This document shows, one piece after another, positions 19,305 through 28,007 of a DNA stretch of 64,000 bases (the stretch's first letter is position 1; each line of letters opens with the position of its first letter). A model generated the notes under the pieces. That model had not been told where the DNA came from. It was given only the letters and a program-made list of their open reading frames with translations, and ran no database searches. A program made the position numbers and the translations under genes. The stretch lies in contig JBPCLP010000047.1 in the NCBI GenBank assembly GCA_051003195.1, positions 128,001 through 192,000 on the forward strand, in the 5' to 3' direction. Origin of the DNA: Candidatus Sumerlaeaceae bacterium. Its GTDB lineage: Bacteria; Sumerlaeota; Sumerlaeia; Sumerlaeales; Sumerlaeaceae.

Positions 19305-19922
19305 ATGGGAACCGAGACGATGACAGTCGCAATCTTCCCCCTGCCGGAAGTCGTATTTTTCCCGGAGACGCGTCTTCATCTGCACGTATTTGAACCCCGA
19401 TACGTCGACCTGGTGACCGAAGCGCTTGCCACCGACCGAATGCTGGGAGTGGTGCAGCTTCGCCCAGGCTGGGATAAGGACTATTACGGCCGTCCCGCCA
19501 TTTACAAGGTACTGGGAGTCGGCGAAATCGTGGAAAGCCAGCGCCTCAACGATGGGCGCTTTGACATCGAAGTGCACGGACGTTTTCGTGCCCACGTGCT
19601 CAGCGAGACTGTGAAGGGTGAGTATCGCACGGCCGAAGTCGAAATCATGAAAGACGTGTTGCAGCCTGAAGACCGTGAAGAGGTTCTATGGGTGCACGAG
19701 CGTCTGCTTGAACTCTACAAAAAGCTGGCGGCAGCGATGCCCGAGACGATGTCGTTGATTGATAACCCGTCGCCTGGTGCACTCATCGACGCTATGGCGG
19801 ATAAACTGGTCGAAAATCCGTACGACAAGCAGAGTATACTCAGCGAGACAAACCTGGCGCGCAGGCAGCGGCTACTGCGTGTACAGCTGCGAACTATGGT
19901 GAAGGGCACGCAGCAGGAGTAG
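19305..19922 (+). CDS. LON peptidase N-terminal (substrate-binding) domain protein
   Basis: IFPLPEVVFFP, LHVFEPRY, DGRFDI, DKQSILSE. Confidence 0.87.
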   Translation: MGTETMTVAIFPLPEVVFFPETRLHLHVFEPRYVDLVTEALATDRMLGVVQLRPGWDKDYYGRPAIYKVLGVGEIVESQRLNDGRFDIEVHGRFRAHVLSETVKGEYRTAEVEIMKDVLQPEDREEVLWVHERLLELYKKLAAAMPETMSLIDNPSPGALIDAMADKLVENPYDKQSILSETNLARRQRLLRVQLRTMVKGTQQE

Positions 19923-19935
19923 ATCAGAAAAGCCG

Positions 19936-22155
19936 CTACTCTTTGTCTCTGACCAGGGCTTCTTCCTCTTCCGATAGTGCGTTTTCAGTTCCTTCCGGCA
20001 GGAGTTCTTCGTCAATTTCGATCAACCGAAGCGTCTCGGTGGCGGGTGGTGCGTGAAGAAACTGGTAAACGCTTTCGGATGCTTCGCGGCCCATCCCCGG
20101 CACTTCCCGGATTTGATCGACCGTCGCCTGTTTTAGCGCGCTCAGGCTGCCGAAGTGCTGCAGCAGTGTCTTCTTTCGTTTGGGCCCAATCCCGGGAATC
20201 TCATCAAGCATGCTGCGCCGGTTAGCCTTCTGGCGCAATTTTCGATGGTATGTGATCGCCGTTCGATGAGTTTCATCGCGGATGCGCTCGATGAGGTGAA
20301 GCGCGGGGGAGTTCGGCGCAAAGGTCACAGGGTTCTTCCGACCAGGCAGAAAAACGCGCTCCTCGGTTCGGAAGCGAATGACCTCGTCAGGTGGTTGCGG
20401 CGACTCCATGACCAAATCGCCGGGCTCAGGCCCGGTCTGGACATAGTCTGGCGCATCCGGGAAAAAGGTATTCAGCGTCTTACCCGGTGGCGCATCAGTC
20501 TCCGTGATCCTGTCGATGAGTTGCTGCGGTTTTTTGCGCGTTGATTTCAGCCGACGTGGAACCTCGCGTACTTTCAGCCGGCTTTTTGCAATTCCGGCAA
20601 GCTGGACATCCTGGATGCCAAGCTCCCGGAAAACTTCCTCTGCGGCGGAGAGTTGCCCTTTGCCGCCGTCCACGAGAAACAGATCGGGAAAAGACCGCGC
20701 GCTCGTGCTGCCGCTTCTGAACCGCCGCAGCATTACTTCCCTGATCATCGCAAAATCGTTGCTGCCCTCAACGGTCTGGATTCGGAAAAGCCGGTAGCCG
20801 GATTTGTCCGGCTGGGCATCTTCAAACCGGACAATCGATCCCACCGCCATCACGCCCATGATGTTCGAAATATCCAGGCACTCGATCACGTGCGGGGTGT
20901 CCTCCAGCCCAAGGCGTTTTGTCAGCTCAGTAAGTGTCTCTTCCTCCGTCCGCTCGCCACCGAGTCGACGGTTGAGAGACATGCGGGCGTTTTGTGTCGC
21001 TGTGTGCGCCAGCCCTGCCAGCTTTCCGCGCTGGGGCATGTGCATGCTCACCCCGGCACCCCGCTGCTCACGCAGCCATTCCTCCAGCAAAGCGCAGTCG
21101 TTCGGCTCTACGCTCACCAGTAGCTCCTCCGGTATCAGATCGCCCAGGCCGTCGTAGTGCTGGGAAATAAACGAGTAAAGCACCTCGGTGTCTTCCTGCT
21201 CATAGTTCTTGAGGTAAAAGTCGTAGCTGTGAACGAGCGTGCCGCCCCGGAATTGCTGCAACACAACCATCGACCGTCCCTGCGTGCTGGCAATCGCTAT
21301 CACATCGCGCTCATTGCGCTCGTGCGTCGCCGCCTGCTGTCGCTCGAGAGTCCGGTCAACCGCGGCTAGCCGGTCTCGAACCATCGCGGCCTTCTCAAAC
21401 TGCATGGTTTCGCTTAACTCGAACATTCGGGTCTGAAGTGTACGTCGAACTTCTTCGCCTTTCCCGCGCAGGAAGGACGCCACCTTGTCGACGAGCTCGC
21501 GGTACTCGTCCTTTGGAACAGGCTCTGTGCACGGTCCGCAGCATTTGCCGACGTCGAAGAGAATGCAGGGGCGTGTGCGATTGCGAAATACCGAATCGCG
21601 ACATGTCCGCATCGGGAAAACCTTGAGAAGGAAGCGGAGCGTTTCGCGAACCGATGAGCTGCTGATATACGGGCCAAAGTACAGGTCGGGATCCCGCCGC
21701 TGGCGCTTCCGCGCGGGCTGCTCCTGGCCTCCCCCCTGGACTTCCAGCTGCTTGCCCGATCCAACCGCGCTGCTGCCCGCGGGCATCGATCCCCGGCGTA
21801 CACGCACGGTTTCAAGGCGTGGGTAATCCTGGTCCATGCGGATTCGCAGCGAGATGTATGTCTTATCATCGCGAAGCTGAACGTTATACCGGGGCCGGTG
21901 CTGCTTGATCAGTGTGTTCTCGAGCAGAAACGCATCTTTTTCGGTCGCGGTGACAATCGTGTCGATCGTTACCACGTTCTTCACGAGGAACTGAACCGAG
22001 AACCGGGAGTCCCCGCTCTTGCCGAAGTAGTTGCGCACGCGGCTGCGCAGGTTCGCCGCCTTGCCGACATAGATCACTTCAGCAGCGGCGTTTTTCATCA
22101 GGTAAACGCCGGGCGTGGTGGGCAGTTGTGCGATTACTTCAGTCTCAATACTCAT
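19936..22155 (-). CDS. uvrC: Excinuclease ABC subunit C
   Basis: GIY-YIG (PGVYLM, IYVGKA), Cys cluster, UVR domain, IECLDISN, VDGGKGQ, RIRDE, HhH GIGPKR. Confidence 0.96.
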   Translation of the reverse strand: MSIETEVIAQLPTTPGVYLMKNAAAEVIYVGKAANLRSRVRNYFGKSGDSRFSVQFLVKNVVTIDTIVTATEKDAFLLENTLIKQHRPRYNVQLRDDKTYISLRIRMDQDYPRLETVRVRRGSMPAGSSAVGSGKQLEVQGGGQEQPARKRQRRDPDLYFGPYISSSSVRETLRFLLKVFPMRTCRDSVFRNRTRPCILFDVGKCCGPCTEPVPKDEYRELVDKVASFLRGKGEEVRRTLQTRMFELSETMQFEKAAMVRDRLAAVDRTLERQQAATHERNERDVIAIASTQGRSMVVLQQFRGGTLVHSYDFYLKNYEQEDTEVLYSFISQHYDGLGDLIPEELLVSVEPNDCALLEEWLREQRGAGVSMHMPQRGKLAGLAHTATQNARMSLNRRLGGERTEEETLTELTKRLGLEDTPHVIECLDISNIMGVMAVGSIVRFEDAQPDKSGYRLFRIQTVEGSNDFAMIREVMLRRFRSGSTSARSFPDLFLVDGGKGQLSAAEEVFRELGIQDVQLAGIAKSRLKVREVPRRLKSTRKKPQQLIDRITETDAPPGKTLNTFFPDAPDYVQTGPEPGDLVMESPQPPDEVIRFRTEERVFLPGRKNPVTFAPNSPALHLIERIRDETHRTAITYHRKLRQKANRRSMLDEIPGIGPKRKKTLLQHFGSLSALKQATVDQIREVPGMGREASESVYQFLHAPPATETLRLIEIDEELLPEGTENALSEEEEALVRDKE

Positions 22156-22200
22156 GCGCGACTAACTACGTGCGCCACGCGAACTTCATGCAAGTCCGGT

Positions 22201-23100
22201 TCAGGCCCGGGCGTATTTGGCCGCCACTTGCACCGTCTGCACGTGGATGTCGACGGTCTCCTGCACATGGCGGGCATACCCGCCGGCCGTGGTCGTCACC
22301 AGGGGAATGTTCCGCTTCGCCGCTTCGCCGATCACCACTTCATCGCGTTGCTCGAGCCCGTGCATCGTGAGCCGGAGTGCTCCTAGTTGATCGTTAAAGT
22401 AGGGATCGGCGCCGGCGACATAGAAGACCAGCTCCGGCTTGTGCTGTTCGTATATGTCCGGCACAGCTTCCTGCAAAGCTGCGAGGTACTCGTCGTCACC
22501 GGTGAAATCATCCAGGCCAATGTCCCAGTTGCTCCGCTGCTTCGCTGGATAGTTGTTTTCTTGGTGGATGGAGAACGTAAAGACGTCGGCATCACCCCCG
22601 AAAATATGTGCGGTTCCGTTGCCCTGGTGTAAATCGCAATCGATAACTACCGCGCGGCGAATACGCTGCTCAGCCTGCATGGCGCGAATGCCGATCGCGA
22701 TATCATTCAAATAGCAGAATCCTTCCGCATGGTCCGCAAAGGCATGATGCCAGCCTCCTCCAAGGTGCGCGCATGTCTGTTCCGCTGACGTAACCGCGGT
22801 TCGACAGGCCTGGATGCTGCCGCCTGCGGCCAGCAGATACGCCTCGAGGATCTCTTCGGTTAGGGGAAGTTCGCTGCGGCGGGTTCTTGCCGTCATGCGA
22901 TAGTTAAGGAGATCGTCCAGGTATTCGGCCGTATGTACGCGTGTCAGTTCTTCACGTGTTGCCGGTGTGGGTGCCACGACATCGCCTTGCAGAATTGACC
23001 CGTCGCGAAGCAGCTTCTCGAGAGCCAGGCGATACTTCGCCGTAACAAACACGTGCGTCCCGATATCAGCTTCGTATTTGGGAGAGTAGATCAGCTTCAT
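22201..23100 (-). CDS. Histone deacetylase family protein
   Basis: GGWHHA, GFCYLND, DCDLHQGNG, AGADP, GGY. Confidence 0.92.
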   Translation of the reverse strand: MKLIYSPKYEADIGTHVFVTAKYRLALEKLLRDGSILQGDVVAPTPATREELTRVHTAEYLDDLLNYRMTARTRRSELPLTEEILEAYLLAAGGSIQACRTAVTSAEQTCAHLGGGWHHAFADHAEGFCYLNDIAIGIRAMQAEQRIRRAVVIDCDLHQGNGTAHIFGGDADVFTFSIHQENNYPAKQRSNWDIGLDDFTGDDEYLAALQEAVPDIYEQHKPELVFYVAGADPYFNDQLGALRLTMHGLEQRDEVVIGEAAKRNIPLVTTTAGGYARHVQETVDIHVQTVQVAAKYARA

Positions 23101-23119
23101 GCGGAAGCTCCAACTATCG

Positions 23120-24496
23120 TCAGACCGTCAGGCGTTTTGACAATCCGGCAGCGACTTTCCAGATGTCGCCAGCTCCGAGTGTAATCACCAGGTCGTCGGG
23201 CTTCATCATACCGGCAACGTACTCTTCCACGCTGTCCAGCCCCTGCACGAAGTGAACCGCGGGATGATTATTGCGCCGCAATCCATCGACGATCAATTCT
23301 GAGGTGACGTGGGGGATCGGGTCTTCACCTGCACCGTAGATGTCCGTAATTACCACCTCGTCTGCGTTGGTAAAGCATGCGCCGAATTGTTCGGCAAGCG
23401 ACTTGGTGCGGCTGTACCGGTGTGGTTGAAAGATACCGATGATACGCTTGTCATGCGATTCGCGAGCCGCGGAGAGGGTCGCGCGTATTTCGCTGGGATG
23501 ATGCGCATAGTCGTCCACAACCGTGTAGTGCTCATTGCGGCCGATAATTTCGAAGCGCCGCTGCACACCGCGAAACTCGTGCAGGCCTTCGGCGATTTTG
23601 TCGAACGGGATTTCCAGCCGTATTCCAACCGCAACCGCGGACAGGCAATTCTGCACGTTATGCTTTCCGGGGACCTGCAGTGTCACGTGCCCAAGGAGCT
23701 TACCAAAATGGTGGACGTCGAAGCTGCTGCCCATCCCCTGGAACTTGAGATTATGCGCCGTGAGGTCCGCGCCTTCGCGAAGGCCATAGGAAACGAACTC
23801 GCGATCAAAGCCGATGGAATGGCCGACCAGGCGGCTCGCCCCGGCGTCATCGCTGCAATAGATGGTCAATCCGCCGGGACGAACATTTTGCACGTGCTGC
23901 GCGAAGATTTCATGCAGGTGCGTCGTGTCCCTGTAGTAGTCCATGTGGTCGAGTTCGATGTTCGTCAAAATCGCGATTTCCGGGTGGTACTCGACCAGGG
24001 AACCATCGCTTTCGTCGGCCTCGATCACAAACCATTCGGTACCCCCACTGCGCGCATTATCGGCGAAAGTGTTTACGATGCCACCGATCACGAAGGACGG
24101 GTTCAATCCGGCGGAGTTAATCATCGTCGCTACCATGGATGAAGTGGTAGTTTTTCCGTGCGTGCCCGCAACAGTGATGCCGCGATGCGCATTCACCAGT
24201 TGCGCGAGCTTCTTGCTGCGGTGGAGAACAGGAATCCGCTGTTCGTAAGCCGCCTGCACCTCCGGGTTATCCGGCCGAATGGCTGTGCTCGTCACTACTT
24301 CCCGTGCATTTTGAATGTTTTCCGGGGCATGGCCGATAAAAATGGGGATTCCTACGTCGCGCAACGCTTTGACGTTGGCAGACTCCTTGGAGTCTGATCC
24401 GCTGACAGCCTCGCCATTCGAGTGCAGCAGTCGGGCAATTCCGCTCATTCCTATCCCGCCGATACCCACAAAATGAACGGTTTTTACATCAGCCAT
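23120..24496 (-). CDS. murC: UDP-N-acetylmuramate--L-alanine ligase
   Basis: GIGGIGMSG, AGTHGKTTT, EADESDGS, DDYAHHP, FQPHRYSRT. Confidence 0.97.
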   Translation of the reverse strand: MADVKTVHFVGIGGIGMSGIARLLHSNGEAVSGSDSKESANVKALRDVGIPIFIGHAPENIQNAREVVTSTAIRPDNPEVQAAYEQRIPVLHRSKKLAQLVNAHRGITVAGTHGKTTTSSMVATMINSAGLNPSFVIGGIVNTFADNARSGGTEWFVIEADESDGSLVEYHPEIAILTNIELDHMDYYRDTTHLHEIFAQHVQNVRPGGLTIYCSDDAGASRLVGHSIGFDREFVSYGLREGADLTAHNLKFQGMGSSFDVHHFGKLLGHVTLQVPGKHNVQNCLSAVAVGIRLEIPFDKIAEGLHEFRGVQRRFEIIGRNEHYTVVDDYAHHPSEIRATLSAARESHDKRIIGIFQPHRYSRTKSLAEQFGACFTNADEVVITDIYGAGEDPIPHVTSELIVDGLRRNNHPAVHFVQGLDSVEEYVAGMMKPDDLVITLGAGDIWKVAAGLSKRLTV

Positions 24497-24678
24497 GCTC
24501 GTCCCCTATTTCCACAGTGAGTGCAAATGACCCGCGTCAGCAACATGAACCCGGGACCAGGCAAATTGGAATTCACCTATTAGCAATTTTTATGGCTACC
24601 CGCAGCAAGCCTAAAAAATTTCTGCGTTAGCAATTTATCCGGCTGTTTAGCCGGGCTCTTTTTTGCACATCAGCGGCC

Positions 24679-25854
24679 TCAGCTCGCGTGCCTGGCCTTC
24701 ACGAGCCGGCTCAGACGCTCGCTGAGACCGTCCACGTGCTGCGCCCAGGTATGTTGTCCCGCCACTGTGCTTGCATGATTCGAAAAACCTGCCCGGGCTT
24801 GTGGATAGGCGACGAGTCGCACAATCGCCTCACGAATCGCTGCTACATTACCCACTGGAACAAGAAGAGCAGATCTGCCATTTTCGACGGCTTCAGGCAC
24901 TCCGCCCCAATCGGAACCGATGCAGGGCAGTCCGGCTGCCTGTGCTTCGAGGAAGGAAATGCCGAAGCTTTCCAGGAAATCTCCCTCGGGCTGGCTGGGC
25001 TGGACGTACACATCTGCTGCGCAAAAGTACGATGGTACCACTTCGTGCGCCACTGGCCCGGTAAAAATGACGCGACCGCTCAATCCAAGACTGGTCGCCA
25101 GCGTTTCGAACTCCTTCGCATCCGGCCCGCCGCCCGCGATCACGTAAATCCAATGCAATTCTGGTCGGGCGGCGAGTACTTCTTCCAGCGCCTGAAGCAC
25201 GAGGTGAATGCCCTTCCCTTTGGTCAAACGGCAGACCGATAGCAGGACTGTTGGCTGGGCACCGTCCGGCCGTGAGATAAGCCAGTTCTCGCGTAAATGC
25301 ACTGCCAGCTTTCGCGCCTCAGGTGAACTGAATTTGCCAGGATCAACACCAGGTGATAGCACCTCCGCTTCGGTTCCAGGAAAGTGTTTGGCCAGCAGAT
25401 TGGCGGTATTGCGTGAATTTGCTACCACAAGTGCAGCACTGTCGATCAGGCGTGCGAGTATTGTCCTGCGGATGCTGCTTCGCAGTTCCGTTTGGATTTC
25501 TGTGCCATGGAAATAGATGCCATAGGGAATTCGAGCCGCGCTGCAGCACAGGTATACTGGTAAGCCGTATCCGCGATAAGTTGGCGTCCAGACTACGTCC
25601 GGTTTAAACCCGCGGATTGTTTTCGAAAGTTGAAGCGTCAGCGGCAGCAGACGCAAAATTGCACGTGCGCCTACCCGCTTGCGGTGAATCTCAATATTGG
25701 GCTGAGGCGATTCTTCTTCCCCGGGCACACAAGCGAGCGCTTCGACATGCACGGTGTGGCCCAGTTGTGACAGGCCGATTGCCTGTTCACGTGCCAGGGT
25801 GGCCACCCCCCCCGGCTGCGGGGGAAATTCAGTCGTTGGGATCAGGATTTTAAT
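24679..25854 (-). CDS. Glycosyltransferase family 4 protein
   Basis: RLTKGKG and ESFGISFLEA motifs. The conserved N-terminal strand IKILIPTTEFPPQPGGV lies upstream of the GTG at 25806, so the start may be ATT at 25854. Confidence 0.85.
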   Translation of the reverse strand: MKILIPTTEFPPQPGGVATLAREQAIGLSQLGHTVHVEALACVPGEEESPQPNIEIHRKRVGARAILRLLPLTLQLSKTIRGFKPDVVWTPTYRGYGLPVYLCCSAARIPYGIYFHGTEIQTELRSSIRRTILARLIDSAALVVANSRNTANLLAKHFPGTEAEVLSPGVDPGKFSSPEARKLAVHLRENWLISRPDGAQPTVLLSVCRLTKGKGIHLVLQALEEVLAARPELHWIYVIAGGGPDAKEFETLATSLGLSGRVIFTGPVAHEVVPSYFCAADVYVQPSQPEGDFLESFGISFLEAQAAGLPCIGSDWGGVPEAVENGRSALLVPVGNVAAIREAIVRLVAYPQARAGFSNHASTVAGQHTWAQHVDGLSERLSRLVKARHAS

Positions 25855-25872
25855 AGTGGAACTGATCGCAGA

Positions 25873-26112
25873 CTACGACTGCTGTGGCACACTGCTCGAC
25901 TCCATTTCCGCCTCGTCTTCGATAGCGGCGAATGCATGCGTGTTATAAATTTCCGTATAGCCACACAGAGTGCATGAGAGCAGAATGTACTTGTCGGCAC
26001 CAAGATTGAGCAGGGTAGGCAATCCACCGAGCGCCACCGTTCGCGCAACCGCCCTACGGCCCCGGCATTTAGCACAGCAGAACTGCTCGGTCAGCAATGT
26101 CTCGGGATCCAA
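25873..26112 (-). CDS. Small zinc-ribbon protein (DUF2082-like)
   Basis: CAKC ... SCTLCGYTEIY. Confidence 0.72.
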   Translation of the reverse strand: MDPETLLTEQFCCAKCRGRRAVARTVALGGLPTLLNLGADKYILLSCTLCGYTEIYNTHAFAAIEDEAEMESSSVPQQS

Positions 26113-26266
26113 AATAGCCCCCTGTCAGCCGCGGTTTGTCCGTCCAGAATTTCTCATAAAGCCATGGTGAACAGCCATTTGGGCGGGGCGCAAGTTTTTT
26201 AAGGCATCCAGTGGCCTGGCTCAATTATATATTGCGGTTCGCCGGAGCCGCGAGTACAGATCGAAC

Positions 26267-26818
26267 ATGCCTAAGCGTATATTTACACTTCGTAGCTTCA
26301 CCGCAAACCTGACGGTAGCTATCGTCTGTTTCGGATTTCTTGTCGCGTGCGACCAGGATATTGAAATTAACCCCGAGTTCTCAGTTAACATTTTCAAGCC
26401 GGGACCCAAGTGGCCGAATGTCAAGAAGCTTGCCGCGGAGCAGCGCGAGGCGTATGAAAAATTCGGCAAGCCAGATTGCTTCCACGTTTACTGGTCGCCC
26501 ACGGGTGAAATTATGCCCCGCAGAGAGCTTGAGAAGCAGTTGAAGGGGAAAAAGCCCAAAACTGTGCCGCCATTCTCGTGGGTATATTTGCGAACCAATA
26601 AGGAAGTTGTTTTTCCTGGCGGCGGGCGTGCTAACGAGCAGCCACTGCCGGAGACAGTTCGCATTGTTGCAGAGAATGGCGATCCGGAAGATGTAAGCCA
26701 GGAAGGTGGCGGCATTACACAATGGATGTTCTACAGCACCGGAAAGATTTACAAGATATCGCAGGGACGCGTAATTGAGCGGAAAGAGTTTCCCGCGATG
26801 GGCAGATACATAAAGTAG
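26267..26818 (+). CDS. Hypothetical lipoprotein
   Basis: Basic N-terminus, hydrophobic stretch and lipobox LVAC. Confidence 0.6.
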   Translation: MPKRIFTLRSFTANLTVAIVCFGFLVACDQDIEINPEFSVNIFKPGPKWPNVKKLAAEQREAYEKFGKPDCFHVYWSPTGEIMPRRELEKQLKGKKPKTVPPFSWVYLRTNKEVVFPGGGRANEQPLPETVRIVAENGDPEDVSQEGGGITQWMFYSTGKIYKISQGRVIERKEFPAMGRYIK

Positions 26819-26820
26819 TT

Positions 26821-27315
26821 ATGGCCGCCCAAAACCGCAACAGTCGGGCAGATCGACGCCGGCGCAATGACTCTGCCAGAACTGCCCGTGATGAACGCCG
26901 CAGGTCCACACCGTTGACCGACGTGTTGATTCGTTCCCAGCAGATCGGCGAAGAACTGCAGCTCTTCGTCGGAAGCCCGCTCACTGCGGACAACTGCGCT
27001 GCCGCCCGCACTGCCATCCAGAAGCACAGCACGCGTTCGAATGCGCCAGTTGTCGTGGTCGATCTGGAAAAATGTGCTTACATGGACACGCCGGGGCTGA
27101 GCCTGCTGTTCGAACTGCGCAAAACCTCGCAGGAACTCGGCCGCACTGCGATTTTACAGAACCCCAGCAGGGCGGTTCAGCGAATCCTCAACATCACCCA
27201 GATGCATCGTGTGTTTCAGATTCGCCAGACGAGCGTTGACCTGGAGCGAATTCCTTCGGCTAAGCCAGTGGTAAATGCGGCCGATATGGACACCGTTATA
27301 CTACCAAAGCCATGA
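26821..27315 (+). CDS. STAS-domain protein (anti-sigma factor antagonist-like)
   Basis: VVVDLEKCAYMDTPGLSLL, VQRILNIT. Confidence 0.82.
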   Translation: MAAQNRNSRADRRRRNDSARTARDERRRSTPLTDVLIRSQQIGEELQLFVGSPLTADNCAAARTAIQKHSTRSNAPVVVVDLEKCAYMDTPGLSLLFELRKTSQELGRTAILQNPSRAVQRILNITQMHRVFQIRQTSVDLERIPSAKPVVNAADMDTVILPKP

Positions 27316-27932
27316 GTGTTCCAGGTCCGGAAGCGCTCCGTTTATTCACCGCGATCGATCTCCCGCCCGAGTCCAAAGCGCAACTGGTTGAGCTGCTGCA
27401 GCGTCTGCAAAAGGGCATGCAGTTTACAGGCGCACATCCAACCTGGGTGACCTCTGAAAATCTGCACATTACACTGGCCTTCCTTGGAAACCAGAACCCC
27501 GACCAGGTGCCAATCATTGAAAACGCAATGCGCGCGGCTACTGGCGTGACAAGGCCGTTCGAACTCCGTCTGAGTGGGCTGGAGCTATTTCCCACACCGC
27601 GGGAGCCGCGCGTTATTAGCGTGGCGATAAAAGGCGAAGTTGAGCGGCTGAACAACGTTTACGTTGCATTAACGGACGGTTTGCGCTCCTCTGGATTTCA
27701 AATCGACAAGCGGCCGTTCCGCGCACACCTTACAGTTGCTCGTATCAAGTCGGTCAAGGGCCTTGCCGGCTTGCGCAGTGTGGTCAATAGCCACGCGAAT
27801 TATATCGGTACCCAGTTTATTGCGCAAGCCACTACATTGTACAAGAGCACCCTCACACCAGCAGGATCGATTTATGAGCCCCTGTGCAGCATCCCGTTGT
27901 CCGAAACAGAACCCAGTGTGCCGAATCAGTAG
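27312..27932 (+). CDS. thpR: RNA 2',3'-cyclic phosphodiesterase (2H family)
   Basis: RLFTAI, HITLAFLG, FRAHLTVAR, STLTPAGSIY. Confidence 0.92.
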   Translation: MSVPGPEALRLFTAIDLPPESKAQLVELLQRLQKGMQFTGAHPTWVTSENLHITLAFLGNQNPDQVPIIENAMRAATGVTRPFELRLSGLELFPTPREPRVISVAIKGEVERLNNVYVALTDGLRSSGFQIDKRPFRAHLTVARIKSVKGLAGLRSVVNSHANYIGTQFIAQATTLYKSTLTPAGSIYEPLCSIPLSETEPSVPNQ

Positions 27933-28005
27933 TTCATTACCAGACCAAAGGGCAGACTTAACCTCGATTCGGCACACAGAACCTATTACAACTAACGGTA
28001 GATCA
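27916..28005. repeat. Dispersed ~90-bp palindromic element, copy 1
   Basis: GTGTGCCGAATC...GATTCGGCACAC 12-bp stem plus conserved tail; closely similar to 49332-49421. Confidence 0.85.
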
Positions 28006-28007
28006 CA

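Noticed and set aside
20370..20580. Intein in the UvrC insertion
   Set aside because: It is too short, with no C-terminal His-Asn splice motif and no homing-endonuclease motifs.
24640..24665. Hairpin plus T-tract (CCGGCT-GTTT-AGCCGG..TTTTTT) as a terminator
   Set aside because: The T-tract is on the plus strand while both flanking genes are on the minus strand, so its function cannot be supported.
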